A stretch of 64,000 nt of DNA from Ophelia neglecta (Eukaryota): the NCBI GenBank assembly GCA_965285935.1, contig OZ260661.1, positions 36,332,001-36,396,000 on the forward strand. The letters are read 5' to 3'. Position numbers and translations under genes: made by a program. The notes beneath the pieces are model-generated. The model did not search any database and was not told where the DNA came from. It worked only from the letters and a program-made list of their open reading frames with translations. Within the stretch, counting starts at the first letter, position 1, and every line of letters begins with the position of its first letter. This document shows, piece by piece, positions 27,401-39,292 of the stretch.

Positions 27401-29954
27401 TAAGTCCGTATTATCCTTTGGTTATTAAATTCAAAATAACCAAGGTAAAATTCCAATTAAGAAATTTATCATGTTATTAAGATCAGTGTCATGCCATTAT
27501 TATTGGTCATTGACTTTGGCTTATATTCATAGGTAGAAAAAATTCTTTGTGACACCTTAATTCTAATAAACCCCGGCGGCACAATGAACCTACCCAAAAA
27601 TAAATGGGGCTTTTCCCATTACATTGTATGCTGTCATAATTTTCTTTCCAGAGGTCTCGCCAACGCCTTATTCTGGTTCCCATATGTGCCTATGAATATG
27701 GTTTATTTTGTACCATATTTATTTACTGTTTAGTTTATTGATATGTGAGCTGCTCCGGCTGCTGGTTCCTGATAATTTTAGAGCGATTTAATGGACGATT
27801 CTTGATCAATTCTTTGGCTTTGTCTGCCGGGTATCCTCCCTGGGTTTTTTTCCGTTTCGCTCATGATTACACGAACTGTGAGTGTGCGGACTTGAATTTA
27901 GCCAGGGACGGAGTAAGCCGTTAACAGTGAATGGTTCAAAATTGTGTCTTTATTCATTTAACCGACGACCAACCAATTTTATTCCATCTAAAGATTGATG
28001 TAAAAGCCATTACCTTGGTAATTATAGTTCGTGACATATCTTCGTGGGCAGGTATTGATCGGTCAGCATAAAACCTTCAGAACCGAGTGGTCACAGAAGG
28101 GGGCTCTATGTACATCAGTTTAAAGTCCCTTGTTGTTGAAATTTGTTCGTATTGGTTTGGCCCTAGCTAAAGATATACTTCTTACTCGATGAATCATTGG
28201 TCTCTCCTCAATGATAGATATATCAAGCAATATCTTATAGCATAACCCGTGTTTCTGTTTCGAAGATGTATAGCAATCTAAGGCCTGCTCATGAAGAATG
28301 ACATAACTGCAGCACATAAAGGTAATATTAGTAATTCCTGTGTAGGAAAAACGGAACTTTGAATTGCCAATATTTTAATGTGTTATACTTATTGAGTTCT
28401 TATCATATTAATCTTATTTTAGTGTTATTTACATTATAGTAGACAAACACTGGATGGCGAACAAAAACGTGTTTATTCATTCCATTTTTTACCGAAGAAA
28501 ATAAGTTCGAATCATCATAATGTTTTGGAGTCCTGTATTCATTTTCTTCAGAATTGTCCTTGGATGTTCATTGAGTAGTATCTTCCACTCTTTTTGTCGG
28601 TAAATGAAAAAAGAGTATTTTTATTGGAATGAACTACTCACCAGTGGCATATATCCTGACGAATACTGCCTTCGAGCAAACTGTCCTAGAAAGCTATTTA
28701 AAATTGTAATTGTAATTTAGAGTAGAATAAATTTTAAATTATTTGTGTAGAAACCTTGTTTTGCCTGATATTGCACTAATATATAAATACAATTTTGGCT
28801 ATGTCATTTTACTCATATAAGCATATTTAAAATTATACCTTCAATTTCGGCACATGGAATTTTAAATCTTGCAATTTAGAGAGTTTTTCTTTTTATAAAG
28901 AAGAGGAATAAGTTACTCGCGTCAATAATTCTCTTCTTGAATGTGAGTCGTCGTTATATCAAACTGAGATTTTTTCACAGTGCGACATTTAAGTTATTCT
29001 TGTTGGATAGTTGTTGTAAATGCAATCAGCTTCAGGGTTAGTAACAAATCATCCTATTATTATCTAGGCCAGATTGATAGCAAGCATTTTTAAATACTGT
29101 AAAGTAACAAACGGACCCTTGTCATAATTATATGGCTTTGCTAGAATAATAAGTTCTATGTGCAATCTCACTCGACTTCTTTACTCCGCCATCTTAGTAA
29201 TTGCTGTCCTGATATCCTAGAAAGTGAGCCTCTGCGTTGTGATATAGGTAATAGACTGTCATTGATATGTCGTCCAGGTAGCATACAGCCATCTGCATGA
29301 ATATTATCTATACAAGTGATATACTGTATAATTAAACTCATTATTATGCGAAATGGTTATGAATAACTACTTTATTTATCTTTACATTCGATATCTTAAT
29401 GTTGAAAAACGGTTTGCTAAATACCGTGGGAATCATTTTCCGTTACAACAAATGTTAGGTCAGAAACTATTGGCTTAATTTTTCGAGTGCTTGGTGAGAC
29501 GTAATCCCTTAACTAAATTGAACGTAGGCATGGCAATTATATGGCAAAAGTTACAGTTCAAATGTGCCATGTTCAAAGCTTTCCCAACATTCTGAGACCA
29601 AAATTATAATATCTTAATACACACAAGACAAGATAATGTAATATGTTTTGCATAATGAGGAGGACAAAACTGCAAGCCTCCTTGAAAGTCCACTAAGATG
29701 TTAAGAATTTTAAGTGAACCAGCCACGCTTTTTGTAACTGAACATGTGCATCTGCAGCTTATGATGTATTATATCTGTTTGAGAATGGATGGGAGATGAT
29801 AACCGGCTGACAAAGTAAGGCATTAATCAAGAATAGTTTCTTCAAATCGGCCCGAAATCATAAAGAACCAGCAGTCACAGGCCCACACACAGAAAACCCT
29901 GTGTCACTACACAAACATATGTCTATGTACAGGTTCTGTTCACTGTGGAATATC

Positions 29955-30650
29955 GATTGATTAATTGATTGATTGATTTGCTTATTTTCCTTAAATTAAC
30001 AAACGTACCCCAGAAGGTAATTTAATTCAGATTCACTCAGACTGGTTATATTCTTGCTTCCACGGAGTGTCGCAAACAATTCAAAATTGTCCATAAGAAT
30101 TAACAATATATATTTAAACACATCTATTTTATCACTAAAACCTGCTAAAAGAGATTAACATCCATTAAGGCAGCGCAATAGCTATCAGAGAATAAGTGAG
30201 TGAATGGACATTTGAGCTTCACAGGACACAAAATGACACCACCACAAGTTTTGTACAAAAAAGAACGGCAATACAATCAAAGCGTAATTAAATAAGTAAC
30301 CGTTTCGCAAACATACAGATGCGAAACGCGGCTAATTCAGTACCACGGCTGTACATGTATAATGGACACCTAACTTTCATACGCACACAAGGAGACCACT
30401 CTTCAGTTTCTACCTGCCTAATTGTTTTCTTTACATTAGATTTCCTAATGGACTTAGCAGGAAAAATCCCAGACTGTCTACAAGCATCCAAGACATCCAC
30501 AAAATTATACTTATTGTTCAAATGTCCAATATCAGGTATAAAACCTTTAATTTCCTTCTTATTTTCTATATGACGCACAAATGAATTTAATCTAAGTACC
30601 AACACATGTCTGGCAAAGTGGTAGTCAGACATATGACACAATTAATTTGC
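29955..30650 (-). mobile_element. Degraded 3' fragment of a LINE related to the 40241-43659 element
   Basis: ORF 30288-30641 (GFIPDIGHLNNKYNFVDVL...GIFPAKSIRKSNVKKTI) aligns by eye with the LINE C-terminus (GFTSDAVSLLYKYNLEETL...SHFPSKKVWRAMVKEAV); (AATC)n tail near 29955-29980. Confidence 0.75.
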
Positions 30651-31735
30651 ATAAAAATATCAACTTCTTAGTGTATCTCACATTTTCATTTGTTGACCAG
30701 CTAAGGGGACCTCAAACTCGTTCATCCTACATTCGAACAGGGAAACCTTGTATAGGCCTAGCCACCCTTTTGGTTACCCTCCAGCTCTACTTTCTTCTTG
30801 TTGACCAAAACATCTATAACGTACAAATAAAGTGGAATAAATAATTTTACCACAAGGTCCGGCTGATAAAAAAGGATATAACCGATTGGATTTTATTCCT
30901 TCAGCGGCCATACCAGGTATTGGTCGCCTAGCTTTCCGCCATGCCTCTATTGTGCAGGTGGCCGACTACAAGTATTTCTTTGGTCATGTCTAAGTCTATT
31001 GCTTTATGAAAGGAAAATCTAACTGTATAATTATACTATCTAAATTTGATTTGCAATAGGAACAAACTGTAAATAAATATATTCATTTTCTTAATGTCTA
31101 ATAATACTATATTGGTCAAAGAGAATAGTTGTGTTATTTCCATTAATAACCCTGCACTGAGATGGGAAGGGTTGGAGATAGCTCGAAGCAAAGGTGCCAT
31201 TTCGACAACTATTTTTTGAAAAGAAAAACAAGTAGCTTCTCACGGCATGCTGCACATATTTACAATTCACCGTTCTTGAAAGGAAAGCTTTATGAAAAGA
31301 AAACATACAAAGTGAAGCTCTGCATATTCAATGCCCAAATGGATTTCAAGAATCTAAGTAAGATGGACAAAAGTTTGACGACTATTATAAAAATGGGTCA
31401 ATCCTGCACTATCGGTCTCCTGAACATGTTGGCCTATGTAACACCAAAACACAACTCTGTGCTCTCCCGGGCATTGCCTTACCTGGAGATTTGCAGGTTT
31501 GCAATGGACTTGGGCTGAATTTTGTCTCCTTAGGGCGAATTCCATATAAAGAAAGACTCTTAATTCCCATGAAAATGCCGAAATACGTGGGTGTGTGTGT
31601 CTGTGTGTGCGTGTGTGTGCTGGGGGAGGGGGGGGGGGGGTGGAGAGATAAGACCAAAAGGTTCGTGTCGGTCTATATTAAATCAATGTTCATCACATGC
31701 ATTTTTTGTAAGGTTTTGAATTAAATTTAAACGAC

Positions 31736-31832
31736 CTTTTGATAACTCCAATGCTCTTTTTTATCCAAGCTCTTTGCCCTAATTTGGTCCGTGATGCACA
31801 GGCCAAGCACTTACACTAACGTACACCTTCAT
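31736..31832 (-). pseudogene. Copy C: frameshifted paralogue of the signal-peptide exon of genes A/B
   Basis: ATGAAGGTG start (MKVYVSV), a frameshift, then VLGLCITDQIRAKSLDKKE in exact register with gene B FLSVAFTSQAVSKSVQKKE (T-x-Q-x-x-x-K-S-x-x-K-K-E shared). It ends at AAG|GTCGT, where B has AAG|GTAGGT. Confidence 0.65.
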
Positions 31833-32893
31833 GGTGAAAATCAGATAAACTTGCCAAATGGTGGTATAAAACGAATTACTTAAATTACGCTGCAACTGAA
31901 CCATTTAAAATTCAGCATCCTCCTGTTGAAAAGGATAAATCACTTTTCTGTCAACATTTCCATTCATAACAAGTTTGAGTACGGCCTCTTGCCAAAACCT
32001 TCATACAACAAATATATTTATGGTTATCACACTGAAGAAACCAACTGACTACATGTACCATTGTTTTATCAAACAACTAAACCTAAAAATTTATGTTTGT
32101 ATATTTATCATAACTTATTTTAAGTTTATAATTAATTAAAAATAAAATAACATGGTGTTTTACACGATGATAAAATGGGAGATTTAAGAAATGAATTCTA
32201 TTCCCAAGTATAAATTAACGTTACTATTTATGTGTTCACTTTTGATTGACTATAAAGCACAGGCTTCAGTTTCTACCGCTACTGTTTATCACCGGTGATA
32301 TGTGAAACCTGTGCTATAAAGAGTTTCATTGAGGAAATACAATCCGTTCTCATCAACAATTCCATGCGCCTTTAGAATTGTAGATGAGAACGGCCTTTCA
32401 ATCATATTTCTTCAGGCTTCGTAGCTAACCATAAATGTCTTTAACACTAACGTGTAATTTAATAGTATCATAAACTTCAAATTATAAGAGGAATGCACGC
32501 CATGTACCGCATTATACCACCCCAAAATGAAGAGCAATTTCTTCATTTTAAAAAGAAGAATAAACTTCATTTTGTCATTTGAAATAAACAACATTATTAT
32601 TTAGTCGTATTTTTTTCTCCAGAGGTCGCACAATTTTTTTAAACTTTCTGTAGAGGTAAAGTTGGAAACAAGCATACCTTTTGGTTTTTCTTTAATCTAA
32701 GGCGGTTAACAATTCAAAATACGTGTTTTTTCTTTAAAATGAGTGTGTTTGAAGCCACTTCAAATGTGAACCATTTCGTTTGATTAATGCTAATGTTTTT
32801 ACAAAGAAGCTTACAAAGTTTGTTGACGAATCAGTCTGTTAAAAACACTCACTACCTAGGTTGCGCCCTTAACAAGAACTTATTTTAGCATAG

Positions 32894-33180
32894 TCATGTA
32901 CCTGCTCTTTGTAAGAGGTAATAGGAATTTCGTCTCTTGCTTGTTTTAAAAAGGAATTACGTGCTCACATAACTTGTAGTTATATTGTGAATAATCTTTA
33001 TTTGTTTGGCGTTTTTCCCGCTATTCGTACTCATTGGGTGTCGTCCATCGTCATGTAGCATACAAGCATACAGTCATGCCATTAGCCATGTGCTAAGAAA
33101 ACTTATTTAACCCTATGGTTTTATCAATCATACTTATATTTGGTATACCAGCTAATGTTTATGTATGAATGTGTATCTAG
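32894..33180. repeat. ~285-bp direct repeat, copy 1 (probably an old LINE 3' region)
   Basis: tgctctttgtaagagg...catgtagcatacaagcatacagtcatgccattagccatgtgctaag...atgaatgtgtatc, also present at 35465-35747. Confidence 0.9.
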
Positions 33181-33484
33181 TCATTCACAATTACTTTGTT
33201 TTAATATATTACTTTTAGCGTGTCATAATAAATGCTGGGCCCCTTTGAAAAATCTGATATCCTGAAAGGTCTACCTAAGGCAATTATAATTGAAATAAGA
33301 AAAAAAAATAACTGACAATGAACAAGGCTTTCCACAAAAATACTTCATTTATTCATTCCATTTCTTACAGAAGAAAATTGGTTTCAATTTTTATTACAAG
33401 TCAAAGTTGTATTTAAGCTATGTTGATGTGCTTCAAACTGAACTGTAAAAATAATAATAATTTGTAAGTATAAGATAAAATAAA

Positions 33485-36400
33485 CTAATGCTTCTTAGCC
33501 AGTTTCTTCATAATTTCGAGAAGAATTTTAAATTCCGGTTGTACCGTCCAGTTTTTGCCCTTGCCTGTGGATAGAACGTGGAGATTTGAATAAACTATTC
33601 GTAGTTAGTTTCCGTAGCTTTCACTGAGGTCAGGGATAGGCAACATGTTTGCCTAATGTTGCACTAGAATATAAATATCATTTTGTCTATGGCATTTGTG
33701 TTTATCATTAAAAGCAAACTAAGAAATTCTACTTTACTTTCGGCCATTGAGAATTTTACCTCTGAAAAACCTACCAACAGCCGCTTGTCTTTCTGATCCA
33801 CCCGCTTTTCCCCAGAAGGATTTCCCAAATCCTTCTGATCCATCCGCCTCTCCCCCGAAGGATTTCCCAGATCCTTCTGATCCATCCGCTTCTCCCCAGA
33901 AGGATTTCCCAGATCCTTCTGATCCATCCGCTTCTCTCCCGAAGGACTTGCCAGATCCTTCTGATCCATCCGCTTCTCCCCCGAAGGACTTGCCAGATCC
34001 TTCTGATCCATCCGCTTCTCCCCCGAAGGATTTCCCAGATCCTTCTGATCCATCCGCTTCTCCCCCGAAGGATTTCCCAGATCCTTCTGATCCATCCGCT
34101 TCTCCCCCGAAGGACTTGCCAGATCCTTCTGATCCATCCGCTTCTCCCCCGAAGGATTTCCCAGATCCTTCTGATCCATCCGCTTCTCCCCCGAAGGATT
34201 TCCCAGATCCTTCTGATCCATCCGCTTCTCCCCCGAAGGATTTCCCAGATCCTTCTGATCCATCCGCTTCTCCCCCAAAGGTTTTCTCAGGTCCTTCCTC
34301 GACCACTGATCTGTCCAAACTATTCCTAGCCCTCATTATCTGGAACATAATTTAGTCAAAATATGTGTGATCACGAGATTCCATATTACACTTCCATTAT
34401 ACACCATTCGGTTAGGATTCGGTTAGTACCGTAAAGACCAACATATGAATCATTATAAATAAAACTAGATTGGATTGAAATTATTTTTACTAAATAATAA
34501 CGGCATGTAGATAATTTAGTAATTTAGGTGGTCATTGAAATTGTGGGTATCCTTTTTAAAAAACTTCAAAATGTGATATACATATATTGCTATACCATTA
34601 ATTTTTGATGGCCAAATATAATTGGCGATCAAGGCACATCAGCCAATTTAAAATGTAGTGCCAAATTCAATATCTCTACCCTACAGTTACTCTAAAGCAA
34701 CATGGTCATTGCCTAAGGTCGGTCGGGTGAAAAATAGATATGTTGCAAAATCGATCTCACCATAAACCATTTATCAAATTCTACCAAACCGCTTCAATCC
34801 AGCTTTGAAAGACAAAGGTAGATTTACTGTGACATAGTTATATGCTCATTTTGCAGTATTTTGCTTGCCGATGGGGACCTCGAATGGCGTGAACTGTTGT
34901 TCGACTCCGGGAGAAATGTCGTAGAATTAGTGTTGGCGGCGAAGAATAATAAAACAGTAATATACCTTGCTTTTTGAATAGTTAATTGCAGTCTATACTA
35001 AAATTTGCTTATATAATTTTGGCGTAATTTTTTCCCGAAACTCTAGTGGATTTTCAATGATGTTAAAATACCCCATCTTGTCCGTAATTCCCCAAAGTTA
35101 TTTAAGCGGACTATGAAATCCGCTTAATTCTATCCATTCCTTGGCAATCTCGCCAATATCCTCAAAAAGAAAAATTCTGTCGATATCCTCAAAATGTCTG
35201 CGAAAAGGCAGTAAATTTCACCTAGCATACAAAATATTTTAAGTGGAGGATTTATTTAGGGTAAAATTAATCTGCACGATTTCCGTTATTTACATATGCA
35301 GAAAAGAAGTGTAACCTTATACACCGAAATCAAATTTCAATGCTACAAATAATAATAATTCGGACATAAAAAATTATATTTTTCACGGAAACCTTTTGCC
35401 AAACTTTCGCGGATTTTGACGGAGAAATTTTGGCGGCAAATTGATTTGGCACTTGTTTGGCATATCATGTATATGCTCTTTGTAAGAGGTTAGAGGAATT
35501 TTGTCTCTTGCTTGTTTTAAAAAGGAATTACGAGCTCACATAACTAGTAGTTATATTGTAAATAATCTCTTATTGTTTGGCGTTTTCACGCTACTCGTGC
35601 TCAATGGGTGTCCATCAACATGTAGCATACAAGCATACAGTCATGCCATTAGCCATGTGCTAAGCTAATTTATTTAACTCCATGGTTGTTTTATTTATAC
35701 TTATATTTGGTATACCAGCTAATGTTAATGTATGAATGTGTATCGAGAAATGTTGGCAGCAAAGTTCTTTGGCACTTGTTGGACTTCCTTGTACAGGAGC
35801 GGTCCTCAAACGTGTAAATGTGAAAATTTTCCCCTCCCCTCCCCCTCCTGACACAGGTACGAAATAGGTGCCACCCCTCCACCCTGTGTGTGTGTGTGCG
35901 TATGGTATGTTATTTCAAGATTCTATGAATTACTGCCTGCAAACAAATTTGTGGGCATTGATGCCTGAATGAAAGAGTGTGGGCTATACATCTTGTATAG
36001 AAACCCGACTTACTTGTTTTTCTGTCGTGAATCGTTTGTCCTTTTCCCCCTTTTACCCGGGGCAAGCAGCTAGCGATGCAGTTAGAATTCAGTGGCAGTT
36101 TTTACCTTGCACAAGATATGTCACCCTGCCTGTAAATGGGAAATTTCTCCATACCCTCTATTTTTTTCTTGGGACGAAAAAGTTACACCCCCACACTATC
36201 TGAAAAACTATTTTGTTAAAACGTGTAACTTGGGGCAGTAAAAAACATTTCGTAACTTCGGTAGTAATAGTAAAATCGCGAAAATTATTCCAAAAAATTC
36301 CCCAACCTTAAGCACATTAATCGGGACAAGCTGGTTTCTATACGTGAGGCGTTCCTTTAGGCTACAACTAAGACAAAATCATCTCCGCTGCGGCGGGAAG

Positions 36401-36602
36401 CGGCGGCCGCACAACCTCCAGGCCCTACACATATGCCCCCATTGTGTGGGAAGTGAGCTATAATGAAACCTGTTTCAAATCTAATGAGACCTACCTTCTC
36501 CAATATATGCAGGAGTTCATTTTCTTTTTTCTGCACGCTTTTAGACACAGCTTGGCTCGTGAAGGCTACAGATAGAAAAACTACTAGTATCCACACCTTC
36601 AT
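33485..36602 (-). CDS. Gene B: uncharacterised secreted repetitive protein, 250 aa, 3 coding exons, (GGEADGSEGSGKSF)x11 core
   Basis: Exon 1 36602-36495 (MKVWILVVFLSVAFTSQAVSKSVQKKENELLHILEK; donor AAG|GTAGGT, phase 0). Exon 2 34339-33775 (acceptor ttatgttccag; IMRARNSLDRSVVEEGPEKTF + 11 repeats + WGKAGGSERQAAV; donor TTG|GTAGGT, phase 1). Exon 3 33564-33485 (acceptor ctccacgttctatccacag; GKGKNWTVQPEFKILLEIMKKLAKKH*). AATAAA at 33353-33348. If intron 2 is retained, the frame stops at 33734. Confidence 0.75.
33787..34282. repeat. 42-bp coding minisatellite (about 11.5 copies) inside gene B exon 2
   Basis: Unit gatccttctgatccatccgcttctcccccgaaggatttccca repeated with few substitutions. Confidence 0.97.
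35465..35747. repeat. ~285-bp direct repeat, copy 2 (gene B intron 1)
   Basis: Diverged copy of 32894-33180 in the same orientation. Confidence 0.9.
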
Positions 36603-37594
36603 GATGGAGGGCAGTCAATTTTGTCAGTTTATCAACTTATTCCACTCGCCGCAAAATAGGCCAGCAACCGCCGTGTATAAGTTGAGAAATACATGTATAG
36701 GAGAATTTCAAGATCCAAAGCTGAATTAAATGTACGATACGGCACGTCGCATCACAAAGAGACACCAACAATGCTTTATTGCACTGTCTGTGCCTTGGGG
36801 GGGGGGGGGGGCACCTCGTATACAGCCAATGTAGGCGAGTAGGCCTGTGGGAAGAGTTGTTTGTCGAGGCTTATGTCTCCAGCCATGCATATGTCAGTTT
36901 TTGCCTAAAAAAAAATTCAGTTCCGTTAGCCCAAGGGTTTTTCTCAGATATCTCAGCATCATTTGTAATTTCCTAGATCCCGACACAAATGCGGTTATAG
37001 TAATCACGAAATACGGGTTCCTCCTGAAAAAGCTTATCCTTCATTCCCTGGACTGTTTTCGTCACCTTTCCAGTAACATTGTGAACATGGATGCGAATAT
37101 TAGTTGTTTGGCCTAAACACCAGAAATGTTACAGTGTGCACAGAATAAAGTAATTAACTTTATGTTGAACCTTAACTGCAGGGTTCATGTGGGCTATGTG
37201 CTACCTATAGCTTGTTACCCGGCCATATCGACAATATATTTGACAATGCAATAAATACCTAACATACTGATGTTTATATGTTTACATGGTCTGGCACCCA
37301 ATTTCGTGAACACTTTAATGAGTGAGTGATTTGCATACTCGTTTATCTTTGCCATAGGCCTATATGTAAATCATGATTCGTCATATTATGCACTATAGGG
37401 GGATGCAATAAGCTCCTTGAAGCTTCCATTTTTTCCCCTTCCACTATTATGTAGCCTATCGTTTTTTTTTATTTATGATTGAAATATGTATTCCTAGCAG
37501 GATTTCAGTAAGGGGGGGGGGGGCGAATTTTCTAGAGTTGACAAGGCCGATGTGTGGATTGTCCCCGGTACAAGCCCTCTGAAACCACCTTGCG

Positions 37595-37710
37595 TAGGTC
37601 CGGAACTAGATCGCGTCAAACCAAAGACGTAAAAATAGGTACTGATAGCTCCCCTGCCAGGCGCCCGGTATTTCGGGAGTAACGTTAGTATGAAATGACC
37701 GTATGCATTG
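37595..37710 (+). mobile_element. SINE-like repeat fragment (same family as 63398-63570)
   Basis: About 55-bp exact match to 63403-63457. Confidence 0.7.
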
Positions 37711-37786
37711 TGGTTCTCGACTTTGAGGAATGTGTTATATATGTAGGTATTTAGATGTATGGTTGGCTAGCTTTGCACAAAAAAAG

Positions 37787-38031
37787 GGCATACTGGAAAA
37801 CCTGATACGAGACACGAGGGAAATACGAGATACACAGATACGGAGAAAATAAGATAGAGTTGGGTTATGACAGGGTTAGGGGCAGGGTTAAGCTAGCAAC
37901 CTAGCTGGAACATTCAATCCTTAACCCTTCACCCTGACCCTAACCTAGTCCATATGGCTACGTTTTAAACACCTCGTATCTCGTATCTGTGTCTCGTATC
38001 TGGTATTTCGTATCAGGTTTTCCAGTATGCC
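37787..38031. mobile_element. Mutator-like foldback MITE
   Basis: TIRs ggcatactggaaaacctgatacga / tcgtatcaggttttccagtatgcc; 9-bp TSD caaaaaaag at 37778-37786 and 38032-38040. Confidence 0.88.
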
Positions 38032-39292
38032 CAAAAAAAGGCAACAGTGAAACATCATTCAGGTTGTGCGGCAAATAGTGTTGCCGTATAAACTGCAAGA
38101 GCACACGTACAGGTACCTACGTAACTTAGTCGTATTGGTTTTTACCATACACACTACACAACCAACACTATGCTCGCCGCCAAAAAGGCATAAGACTGAT
38201 TGTACATTTATAAGAGAGAATGAACAGAAAGTCCCATTGGGAACTTGCCTGTAAAGCTTGCAGTTTAATCAAGGCACAATGCCGATCCTGAAGATATGGT
38301 GGATCCTGGGTGGGCTATCGTGTGCCTAACACCAGAAATGTAGGATATCTTGCATGGCTAACTGTGATTATAGACTTGTATTGTGAAGTATAAGACATGC
38401 ATAGATTATATGTTACAGAACGGAATTACTACCACCCTCACTTTGTGTATGACGGAAGGCAAGTGCGAAAAAAGAGCAGGCGTGAACTTGGCTATAACAT
38501 GGACCTTCAATACACCAATAAAAGACAGCGGAAGTTGGACAAAAACTTTAAAATTATGTTATATAATTCCTTCAAAACGTCAAGAAAGGAATCGCTAGCA
38601 AACAATGATCCTGACATAAAACGTTAATTAAATTTGAAACATTTGTCAGTGAATTAAAATGTTAAAATCTGACATCCTAAAGCAGCTAACCTGCCCAGAA
38701 GTGAAAAATACGCATTGCTGTTTACCCAGTGCCGACACTGGTGGATCCGCCAAGGTCAAAAGTTGACTACTACTTGTAGCTTGTAACGCTCTCGTGCCTT
38801 TCAATATGAACTATAGTTGTTCATTATTAGATAACAAAAACTTAGTCGTCCGTCATTGAACCTCGCCTATAGTCCCGAAACAGTTAAATTGTCATGTGAT
38901 GAAATACATAGTTAACATTTGAAGGTTAGCTGCTTTTGCAATGTATTGTTCATAACGGCGATTCAAGGATCACTGTACTCACTCACCTCCGCCAAGGAAA
39001 GTTACGGTTGGGCGAGGTTTTTGGGCTCGAGTCCCAGCCAAGCCAACAAATCGACAAAATTGAATCAACATTACTTCAACGACATTTTCAGACGCAAAAA
39101 ATCAGCACAGATGGGGTTAAGACTTAAACTAATGACTTATATTTTCTATATAATTACCACAACTTGTTGAAAAGAGAATATCGCTTATTAATAATGTCAC
39201 GAGGTTCACAGTGGCCCCATAATTTTTAGAAAGAAATGATTTTATCCAGCATAGCATCTTCCTTTTTACACTGCAACAGCTTTGCGGTCTCC

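Noticed and set aside
33747-34355. Plus-strand 202-aa Pro/Asp/Ser repeat ORF as a gene
   Set aside because: No ATG start or supporting exon structure; it is the antisense shadow of the 42-bp repeat, while the minus strand has a signal peptide and compatible splice sites.
38290-38627. Protein-like ORF fragments (HRLYVTERNYYHPHFVYDG...); similar case at 54859-55149
   Set aside because: I recognise no motif and found no consistent splice structure; cannot be supported without a search.
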